A stretch of 64,000 nucleotides of DNA, taken from an uncultured Acidobacteriota bacterium (GTDB taxonomy: Bacteria > Acidobacteriota > Vicinamibacteria > Vicinamibacterales > 2-12-FULL-66-21). Shown here piece after piece: positions 55,181-64,000 of this stretch (position 1 is its first letter; each line of letters begins with the position of its first letter). A program made the translations under genes and the position numbers. The notes under the pieces were generated by a model. The model was not told the origin of the DNA. It worked only from the letters and a program-made list of their open reading frames with translations, and ran no database searches. The stretch is taken from the NCBI GenBank assembly GCA_963847975.1, contig CAWKBU010000005.1, forward strand, positions 4,439 through 68,438, read 5' to 3'.

Positions 55181-56050
55181 TCATTGATGATGTTGCGGCT
55201 CTATTGACGGATGTTGAGGCTCTATTGACGGATGTTGAGTGAGGTGCAGGTCGATCATGTCCAGTGCATCCTGGGGGCGCCACGCATTGGATGGCAGCAT
55301 CCCCACGATTCGTCCATCGATGCCGATGATAGCAGTAGACAGCGAGTGCGTGATCTGGGCGCGAGTCCTTCGCATACGTCAGCCCGAAGTACGTCGCCAT
55401 CCGCCGGATTTCGGCTGGAGCGCCCGTCGCGAGGTCGAGGCGCTCGAACGGGTCGCGTCCGCTGATGAACGCCCTGGCCGTAGGTCTTGAGCACGGCGGG
55501 CGTGTCGAAGTCGGGGTCCACGCTGACGCCAAGGAGGCGCACCGTCGTCCGGAGGTCGGGTCTCGAGGCCAGGCTCCGATTGACGGCGTCGAAGTGCTTC
55601 ATCATCAGCGGGCAGAAATCAGGGAGCGGGCACCGCGTGTAGATGAAGGTCAGCATGACTACGCGGCCCTTGAACTGCCGAACGTGAATGGGGATGTCGT
55701 CCTGATTGCGCAGGTGGAAGTCCGGCACCTCGTCGCCGATCCGGGGCTCCGCGAGTGCGGGCGGCGGGGGCAGAACGGCGCCACTCGCCTTCGCCGTGAC
55801 GACGATGTCTTCGAGGCGGCTGCTGTCGGAAGCGAGCGACGACGGGGACGCCTTGAGTTGGTCGCCAGGCTGGATGTCCGGGAGCGGGAACCGGGACGTC
55901 GAACGGCATGGTCATCGCCGGCATGACGCCTTCAATCGCCTCATGCGCGACGACGAGTTCGGCGCTGCGTCCGGTCGAGGCGTACAACGAGTTCCAGTCA
56001 AGGGATGGCGCGCGCCCTCGCTCGAGGGGTCCGGTGACACGCGGCGCTGG
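55181..56050 (-). CDS. SCO1/SenC protein with N-terminal CusF-like copper-binding domain (frameshifts; start approximate)
   Basis: VAHEAIEGVMPAMTMPF; PDFHLRNQD; TFIYTRCPLPDFCP; SVDPDFDTP; ITHSLST. Confidence 0.82.
55189..55239. repeat. 21-bp tandem repeat (about 2.4 copies) in the SCO 3' end
   Basis: GATGTTGMGGCTCTATTGACG units; encode QHPSIEP repeats on the minus strand. Confidence 0.85.
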
Positions 56051-56168
56051 CCGCGAGCGATCGGAGCCAGACAGCACCTCTGCCACGCGCGTGTCATGCG
56101 GAAGTAGCATGAACAAGGAACCCTACGTCCTGCGAGAGGTCCTGTCAAACGCCTCGGGCACGCCTTGT

Positions 56169-56296
56169 GGATCCGGGATCAGGGGTCGGGGTCCAGGGAT
56201 AGGGGATCGTCCCGTCGCTAGGGTGTGCTCCCGAAGATCGTGCTTGAGCCTGAACCCTAGCCGAGGTCCCTGGATCCCGAATCCCCAATCCCCGAC
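56169..56296. repeat. Heptamer-like GGGATCN / NGATCCC inverted repeat clusters
   Basis: GGATCCGGGATCAGGGGTCGGGGTCCAGGGATAGGGGAT versus CCCTGGATCCCGAATCCCCAATCCCCGA. Confidence 0.7.
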
Positions 56297-56417
56297 ACCT
56301 GTGCTATCTTGAAGAAGACGGAAGCGCCGCGCATTGAGACGGTGCTTAAACAAAGGCTGAGCGACCATGTCCCGCATACGGGGCAACACCATACGGTCGC
56401 GGCCGGGAGGTGCTTAT

Positions 56418-56447
56418 ATGCAAAACACCACCGGGAGTAGTCGGTAG
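56418..56447 (+). other. Candidate 9-codon sORF MQNTTGSSR in a structured RNA
   Basis: GGGAGGTG SD at 56405-56412, ATG 56418, TAG 56447; flanking hairpins and a + strand terminator. Confidence 0.45.
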
Positions 56448-56466
56448 ACTTCTCCCACGGCAAGAC

Positions 56467-56501
56467 AGAATGGCCGGCGGAAACGCCGGCCATTCTTTTT
56501 T
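56467..56501 (+). terminator. Rho-independent terminator
   Basis: AGAATGGCCGGCG-gaaa-CGCCGGCCATTCT followed by a T-run. Confidence 0.88.
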
Positions 56502-56518
56502 GTGGCCGATCGGAACCG

Positions 56519-58982
56519 CTACTCGGCGCGCAGCGCCACCATCGGATCGACGCTCGCCGCGCGGCGCGCCGGGAATGGCGCTCGCGACGAGCGCCGCGAG
56601 CGACAGCGACACGAGCGCCGCGGCGAACGCGCGCGGATCGTTCGCCTCGAGCCGGAACAGGAACGTCTTCGCCGCCGCGCTCAGATACCACGCGCCGACG
56701 CCGCCGATGACCAGCCCCAGCGGCCACCAGCAGCGCACGCGTTCCGCAGCACCATGCCGACGACGTTCGACGCGCGTCGCGCCGAGCGCCATGCGCACGC
56801 CGATCTCGCGCGTCCGCTGCGAGACGACGTAGGCCATCACGCCGTAGATGCCGACCGCGGAGATCACCAGGCCGAGCAGGCCGAACAGTCCGAGCAGCAG
56901 CATGTTGAGCCGGCGCTGCGCCACCCGCCGCGACATCACTTCCTCCATCGTCCGCACGTTGCGCAGCGGCACGTCGGGCAGCACGTCGAGCACCGCGGCC
57001 TTGACCGCCGGCAGCACCTCGTACGGATCGCCCGTCGTGCGAATCACCAGCTCGCCGAACGCCGACGCGCCACTGCGCCATCGGCACGTAGGCCTCGGTG
57101 CGCGGCTCGGTCTCGAGGCTGCTCTGGTGCACGTCGCCGACGACGCCGACGATCGGTGCGCTCGTCGTCGTTCAGCGTGACCGTGCGGCCGATCGGGCTT
57201 CTCGCCCGGGAAGTACTTCTTCGCCGCCGACTCGTTGATGATCACGACGTTCGGCGCACGCCTGCGCGATCGGTCGTCTCGAAGAAGCCGGCCGCTGCTG
57301 CAGCGGGATCCTCAGCGCCTTGTGATAGTCCGGCGTCACGCGCCGGATGCTGATGCCGTCGTCGTCCTCGACTCTTCCGTCCCGGGAATCGTCAAGCGTG
57401 GTCACGCTCATGCTGCCGCCGAGCGGCATGCCGCCCGAGATCACCGACGCGTGGACGACGCCCGGCGCCTGGCTGATGCGCTCGACGATCTGCGTGAACG
57501 CGGGCGCGCTGTCCGGCGGCGGCTTGCCCGGCTCCGAATCGCGGCGAGACCTGCACGGTCAGCACGTCGTCCGGATCGAACCCGGGATCGATGCGCATCA
57601 GCGTGACGAAGCTGCCGATGAAGAGCGCCGCGCCGACGAGCAGCACCACCGCGAGCGCGACCTCGGCGACGACGAGCACGCTGCGCATGCGCTGCCGGCC
57701 GGCGCCGGTGCTCGCGCCGCGCGCGCCGTCCTTCAGCGCCTGCGTGAGATCGGGCCTCGACAGCTGCAGCGCCGGGACGATGCCGAAGAGCAGGCCGGTG
57801 ACGAGCGACAGGCCGGCGGCGGCGGCGAGCACGCGCAGGTCGAGCGCGATCGTCGGTGACGCGCGGCACGCCTTCCGGCATCGAGCTCCGCAGCACCTGC
57901 ACCGCCCACCACGCGAGGACGATCGCGAGCACCGTGCCGACGGTCGAGAGCACGCAGGCTCTCGACCATCAGCTGCCGGATCAGCCGCCAGCGGCCGGCG
58001 CCGAGCGCGGCGCGGATGCCGACCTCGCGCTCGCGCGCGCTGGCGCGCGCGAGCAGCAGGTTCGCGACGTTCGCGCAGGCGATCAGCAGCACGATGCCGA
58101 CCGCGCCGAGCAGCATCAGCATCCACGACTTGGTGCGGGCGCCGACGAGGTGGTCGCGCAGCGGCCGCACGCCGATCGAGTTGTCCTTGTTCCACTCCGG
58201 GATGCGTCTGCTCGAGCGCCGCGGCGATCTGGTCCATCTGCGCCTGCGCCTGCTCGATCGACACGCCCGGCTTCAGCCGCGCGATCGACTGGAGGTAGAT
58301 GCTGAAGCTGTTCGGGTTCCGGATCCGCTCGTCGGCCGGGACGACGTACGGCACCCAGAGGTCGGTCGGGCGCGCCGGCGCCGACCGGATAGGCGAAGTC
58401 CGGCGGCATGACGCCGAGCGACTTCGTAGCTGCCGCCTTCGAGCGGAATCGTGCGGCCGACGATCGCGGGATCGCCGCCGAAGCGGCGGCGCCAGAGCGC
58501 CGTCGCTGAGGACGGCGACGCGGTGACGGCCGTCGACTTCGTTGCTCGGCGGTGAAGGCGCGGCCGATCGCGGGCTGGACGCGCAGCACGTCGAAGAAGC
58601 CGGCGGTCACCCGCTGCGCCGCGAGATCCTCGGGCTCGGCGCCCGGCTCGCGCAGCGTGAAGGCGCCGCCGGCGATCGCGGCGATCGACTCGAAGACCTG
58701 CTGCTGCGCCGCCCAGTCGATGTAGTTCTGCGGCGCGGCGCTGCTGAGAGCGCCAGCGGGTCGCGGTTCGGGTCGGGCGTCGGGCCCCGGCGGCCGGCGC
58801 TCGCCGACCGCGACCAGCCGGTCGTGCTCGTCGAAGGGCAGCCCGCGCAGGACGACCGCGTCCACGACCGAGAAGATCGCGGTGCTGGCGCCGATGCCGA
58901 GCGTCAGGACGATCAGCGCGACGACGGTGAACGTCTTGGAAGACGTGAGCGAGCGGAAGGCGGCTTTGAGATCGTCAAGCAT
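56519..58982 (-). CDS. ADOP duplicated orphan ABC permease (many frameshifts)
   Basis: [81 protein letters not shown] stop. Confidence 0.9.
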
Positions 58983-59030
58983 GATGCGCTTCAGACGGCG
59001 CGGTTGTGTTTCGTTGGGATCGCGACCGGT

Positions 59031-60757
59031 CTACTTGGCCATCCGCGCCGCGGTGATCGCTGTCGCCAAGCTCGAGGCGATCGACGCGCGTCCATCCCGC
59101 GAATCACGCGGCCGAGCGCCGTGAAGTCGCCTTCGTTGTGCGGCTGCGGCGTGATGCCCAGCGTGTAGCCCGGCCGGCCCGGTGTCGAGGCCCGCCGAGG
59201 CCCAGCTCAGGTTGCCGCGCGTGAGCCCGCGGCGGCTGACCTCGTCGCGCAGCGTGATCGCATCGCGGATCGGACGCTGCTGCGCGACGAAGTTCGGCAC
59301 CACGCGGCCGAACTCGGTGCCGACGATGGCGCCGGATTCGACGACGCTGACGAAGATAGTCGAGGCCGAGCGGCGCATCGCCGGCGTAGAGCTCCAGCTC
59401 GATCTCGCCGCGCGGCGTCGTCAGCACGGCGCGCGGCTTCGGCCGCGCCGTTGTAATCGGGAACAATCCAGCGTTCGACGATGCGGCGGTAGTCCGCCTC
59501 GGAGCGCTTCGGCGGTGCCGGCCGGGCGCCCTGGTGCGCTGCCCGGCTGCGGAATCAGGCCCTTCGTCGCCGGATCCGCGGCGAGCGCGTCGAGCCGCGC
59601 GCGGCCGGCCTCGCCGAGCTTCTGCAGGACCTGGATCGCGGTCGTGCGCGCCACGGTGCTCGGGACGCGCGGACGAGCGCCGCGGCCGCGTCGGCGGCGG
59701 CGCCGGGCGCGAGCGCGGCGAGCGGCGCCAGGGCGCTCATGCGGAGCGACGTCGGTCGCGTCGGCAGCGGTCGCGGCCACGAGGCGAGGAACGACGACGT
59801 CGATCGCGATTCTTGAAGCGGCCGAGCGCTTCGGCCGCCGACACCGACAGCCACGTATCGGGCGAGTCGAGCGCGCTCGAGCACCACGGCGAACGAGGCA
59901 TCGTCGTCGTACTGCACGAGCACGCGCAGCGCTTCGGTCCGGACGCGGCGATCGGGATCGCGGACGGCGTCGCGCAGCCGGCGCCGACGTTTTGGCGAGA
60001 TCGAGGCCGGCCTCGGTGACGAGCGCCGGCGCGAGACCGCGCACGGCCCAGAACCGGACCTCGGCGGACGGATCGTGGCTGAGCTTGAAGCAGGTGCGGC
60101 ACCGCGGCCGGATCGCGCGGCCGGAAGAGCGCCCACGCCGCGCGCCAGCGACATCCTCGGCGTCGGCGGCCGTCGTCCAGCGGAGGATCGGCGCGAGATC
60201 CTCGCGCGTCGTGAATCGCCCGATGCGCGAGCAGCGCTTCGCCGACGACGGGCGCGGCGGCCGGCGTCGCAGGCGCGGCCGATCAGATACTGCGCGAGCG
60301 CCGCGCGCGCCGCCGGCGTCCGAATCTTGCCGAGCGCCTGCGCCGCCTCGCGTCCGACCGCCGGCGGGCGTGTCCGTCGCCATCAGCAACTCGGACAGCC
60401 AGGGCACCGCGTCGGGATCCTTCAGCTGGCCCGTGGCAAACGCCACCGTCGCGACGATCTCGACGTCGTCATCCTTGCGCGCCGACACGAGCAGGGCGCT
60501 TTCCCGCCGGGTTGACGATCCGCCCGACCGCGATCACCGCGCGACGCCGAACCTCCGGATGGGCCGACTTCAACAGCTTCGTCAGCGCCGCCTCGTCGAA
60601 CTGCCGCGTGTCCTCGAGCATCACCAACTGCGTGATGGCATCGATGTCCGCCGCGGCCAGCGGCCGCCGCCCGCCTGTCTGGGACTGCGCTGGCAGCACC
60701 ACCGCCATCACGACAGAGCACGACGCAACGAGGAGCACTCGCTCGAAACTGCGACAT
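59031..60757 (-). CDS. HEAT-repeat + cyclophilin-type peptidylprolyl isomerase (many frameshifts)
   Basis: HEAT segments EVRRRAVIAVGRI, VAFATGQL; C-terminal TPRGEIELEL..APL..FGRVVPNFVAQ..WASAGLDTG..PQPH. Confidence 0.75.
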
Positions 60758-60773
60758 ACGCTGTTCGTCTAGT

Positions 60774-60883
60774 GGACTGACGACAGTGCGACTGTGGCGC
60801 GACTGACGACTGGGACTATCGACTGCTGACGACTGAGACTGCCGACTGAGACTGCCCGACTCCCGACTGACGACTGCCGACTG
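60774..60883. repeat. Degenerate GACTG(AC/CC/AG) heptamer tandem array
   Basis: More than 10 GACTGnn-type units filling the intergenic space. Confidence 0.8.
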
Positions 60884-61846
60884 TCACTTCCACATCCAGC
60901 GCAGGATGTCCGGCAGCAGCGATCCCCCATGCGCGTCGGAGTGCGCGCCGTCGCCCCACTCGTGCTTGACCTCGTAGCGCGGGCCGGGGAGCTTCTTCGC
61001 GTCGGCGACGGTGTTGGCGTAGTTGAGCGCGGCCAGCATCTGCTGGTTGGCCAGGAACCAGTTGCCGTGCTGGTTGTCGAGGTCCGCCGAGCCGTCCTGC
61101 AGGAAGATCTTGATCGGCTTGATCGGGTTCTTGCGGATGAGCGTCGGATACAGGTCGCCGCCGGGCACCATCGGCTGGCCGTCCTGGGCCGGGCGATAGC
61201 CAATCGACGTGTAGCTGCCGATCATGCTGATGACGTTCTTGAACTGGTCCGGCCGATGCCAGGCGACCGTGAAGGCGCAGATCGCGCCGCTGCTCGTGCC
61301 GCCAATCGCGCGTCCGGCGGGGTCCTTGGTCAGGTTGTAGGTCTTGCCGACTTCCGGCAGCATCTCGTCGACGATGAACCGCGCGTAGGCGTCGCTCAGC
61401 GAGTCGTACTCGGCCGCGCGGTTGTTCGGATTGCCGGTGCCGAGATCCTCCGGATACGCCTCGCCGCGCTGGCCCGGCGTGATGAAGATGCCGATGGTGA
61501 CCGGGATGTCCTTCTTGTGAATCAGGTTCTCGAGCACCTGCGGCACGCGCAGCGAGCCGGTCGGGTTGGTCGCGCGCTGGCCATCCTGGAACACGAGCAC
61601 GTTGGCCGGCGTCGACGCGTTGTACTGCGCCGGCACGTAGATCCAGTAGCGGCGCACCGTGCCGGCGATGATCTGGCTCTTGAAGAGGAACGGGCCATCG
61701 AGCTTTCCTTTCGGCACGCCGTCCTGCGGCAGCGAGTCCGGCCCGAGCGGATAGGTTCCGGGCTGGCGCTGACCGGGCCGCTGCGGCGTCGGCGGCGCCT
61801 GTGCCCGGACACGCATCGGCGAGTGCAGCAACGCCGCCGGCTGCAC
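60884..61846 (-). CDS. Enterochelin esterase-like alpha/beta hydrolase (true start probably near 61930)
   Basis: YPLGPDS, RRYWIYVPAQY, VFQDG, RAAEYD, GTSSG, HGNW, GAHS. Confidence 0.88.
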   Translation of the reverse strand: MQPAALLHSPMRVRAQAPPTPQRPGQRQPGTYPLGPDSLPQDGVPKGKLDGPFLFKSQIIAGTVRRYWIYVPAQYNASTPANVLVFQDGQRATNPTGSLRVPQVLENLIHKKDIPVTIGIFITPGQRGEAYPEDLGTGNPNNRAAEYDSLSDAYARFIVDEMLPEVGKTYNLTKDPAGRAIGGTSSGAICAFTVAWHRPDQFKNVISMIGSYTSIGYRPAQDGQPMVPGGDLYPTLIRKNPIKPIKIFLQDGSADLDNQHGNWFLANQQMLAALNYANTVADAKKLPGPRYEVKHEWGDGAHSDAHGGSLLPDILRWMWK

Positions 61847-61968
61847 CGACGGTCGAGGATCGTCGAAGGAAGCGGGCTCGTGTGTCAGCAGCGACTCCGC
61901 GAGAGGGACTTGTCGAAGGTAAGTGCGCGCCGATCTCAGTGACTCCTGTGGACGGATCGGACGACCAT

Positions 61969-64000
61969 CTAGGATCTACGGTAAAGGTCACGCCCGAGAT
62001 TGTAGAGCATGAACGCGTAGACGTCGGCCGTCGTCTCGAGCTGCTTGGTCAGGTTGCTCGGACCGTGGCCGGATTTGGTCTCGATCCGGATGAGGACGGG
62101 ATTCTCCCGGCTGGCCAGCGCCTGCAGCGCCGCGGCGTACTTGAACGAATGCGCCGGCACCACGCGATCGTCGTGATCGGCGGTCGTGATGAGCGTGGCC
62201 GGGTACGTCACGCCGGCCCTGATGTTGTGCAGCGGCGAGTAGGCGTAGAGCGTCTTGAACTCTTCGGGATCGTCGCTCGATCCGTAGTCGGCGACCCAGT
62301 TCCAGCCGATCGTGAACTTCTGGAACCGCAGCATGTCCATGACCCCGACCTGCGCGATGCCGACGCGGAAGAGCTCCGGCCGCTGATTCATCACCGCGCC
62401 GACGAGCAGCCCGCCGTTCGACCCGCCCTGAATCGCCAGCCGCGCCGGCGACGTGTACTTGCTGGCGACGAGCCACTCGGCCGCCGCGATGAAGTCGTCG
62501 AACACGTTCTGCTTGCGCAGCTTCATGCCCTGCTGATGCCACGACTCGCCATACTCGCCGCCGCCGCGCAGGTTCGCCGACGCAAACACGACTCCGCGCT
62601 CGAGAATCGCCAGCCGGGCGGCGCTGAACGTCGGCGAGACGACGACGTTGAAGCCGCCGTAGCCGTAGAGCAGCGTCGGATTGTTGCCGTCGAGCGCAGA
62701 TCCTTGCGGTGGACCAGGAACATCGGCACGCGCGTGCCGTCCTTGCTCGGTGTAGAACACCTGCGTCGTGACGAACGCCTCGGGGTCGTAGCCCGGCACG
62801 TTCGACCGGCGGAACACTTCGCTCGTGCCGGGACGCGATGTCGTAGCGGTAGATGGTCGGCGGCACGCTCAGCGAGTTGAACGTGTAGAACACGAACGTG
62901 TCGTCGTGCGAACCGGCGAAGCCGGCCGCCGCAGCCAGGCCCCGGCAGCACCACTTCGTTCTCGAACGTGCCATCCAGTCCATGGACGTACGCGCGCGTC
63001 GTCACATCCTTCAGGTACGTCGCGAACAGCTTGCCGCCGGCCGTGCCGGCGCCCTGCAGCGGCTCGGGCGTTCAGGCAGCACGTCGGTCCAGTTGGCCTC
63101 TTCCGGGTGCGCCGGATCGACGAGCACGACTCGCCAGTTCGGCGCGCGCGCGGTTGGTCTGCACGAGCAGCTTCTCGCCGACGTTGTCGACGACGCCGAA
63201 CGAGTCGTCTGAGATGGTCGCGACGAGCGGCGTGAAGTGCGGCGCGCCCTGCGAGAGGTCGCAGACGTGGAGCGCGTTGCCATCGCTGCCCTTGCCGCGC
63301 TCGGAGATGGTGAGGATCGCGAACCGTTCGTCCTCGGTCGTCTGGACCGTGTGAAACCGCTGCGGGTTCGCCGCGTCCTCGTAGACGAGCCGATCCTGCG
63401 ACTGCGGCGTGCCGATCCGGTGGAAGAAGACCTGATGGTTCTCGTTGATCGACGCCTTCTCCTGGCCCAGCGGCGGCGCAGGATACCGGCTGTAGAAGAA
63501 GCCGTCGCCGTGCCACGCCACGCCCGACACCTTGACCCACTCGAGCGTGTCATCGAGGGTCGTCCTCGTCGGCCAGGTCCATGACCTTGAACTGCTGCCA
63601 GTCGGACCCGCTGTGCGAGATGCCGTAGACGGCGTATCGTCGCGTCCTTCGACGGCGCGAAGACGCTCAGGCCCACCGTGCCGTCGGCCGACCACATGTT
63701 CGGATCGATCAGCACCTCCGGCACGCCGTCCAGGCCCTCCTGGATGAAGAGGACGCTCTGATTCTGAAGGCCCGAGTTCCGGCTGAAGAAGAAGTACGGT
63801 CCTTTGCGCAACGGCGCCGAGTACTTCTCGTAGTCGTTCAGCTGCAGCACGCGCGCCTGGAGCTCGGCGCGGAACGGGATCCGCTCGAGGTACGGAAGCG
63901 TGACGCTGTTCTGCGCCGCGACCCACGCCGCCGTTTCTGCTGAGGTGTCGTCCTCCAGCCAGCGATAGGGATCGGGCACCTGTGCCGTGGTAGATGTCGA
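61969..64000 (-). CDS. Prolyl oligopeptidase S9A (frameshifts; N-terminus beyond window)
   Basis: DPYRWLED, LLYGYGGF, NLRGGGEYG, GGSNGGLL, TADHDDRV, SGHG. Confidence 0.93.

Noticed and set aside
13097-60883. Intergenic repeat clusters as CRISPR arrays
   Set aside because: Units are 7-13 bp, in mixed orientation, without regular unique spacers, and there are no cas genes.
1-64000. Dozens of frameshifts suggesting mass pseudogenisation or programmed frameshifting
   Set aside because: Indels hit all gene classes, cluster regionally (dense at 20-24, 26-30 and 55-64 kb, rare at 11-19 and 39-52 kb) and leave motifs intact, which is typical of low-coverage long-read consensus error.
61969-64000. 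Prolyl oligopeptidase as the leader protease of the candidate RiPP
   Set aside because: It is about 25 kb away in an unrelated hydrolase run and is a common housekeeping family.

Overview
GC-rich bacterial DNA. The gene content points to Acidobacteriota, probably Vicinamibacterales (inferred, no marker gene): two ADOP orphan permeases, PadR, an acidobacterial VWA protein, an Oar-like TonB receptor, three Hanks-type Ser/Thr kinases, DUF1080 and intergenic short-unit repeats. Many genes are split across frames by single-base indels that look like unpolished long-read errors, so several boundaries are reconstructed. About 55 genes are recognisable; no rRNA, tRNA, CRISPR or transposase was seen. 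Two loci stand out. (1) A tightly coupled 11-gene biosynthetic operon at 17.6-25.0 kb: atypical KAS III, thioester-reductase SDR, two carrier proteins, a SerRS-like amino acid:carrier-protein ligase, two ferritin-like diiron proteins, an acyl-CoA dehydrogenase, a methyltransferase, an unknown protein and an SRPBCC protein. (2) An ECF sigma factor - Ser/Thr kinase - 86-aa Lys-rich peptide - SagB-like oxidase cassette at 35.0-40.0 kb that looks like a YcaO-free RiPP-type system. Also of note: a SCO copper chaperone - Tat bicupin - Tat esterase operon, a structured 9-codon sORF with its own terminator, back-to-back PIN toxin-antitoxin pairs, and several palindromic or tandem intergenic repeat families.
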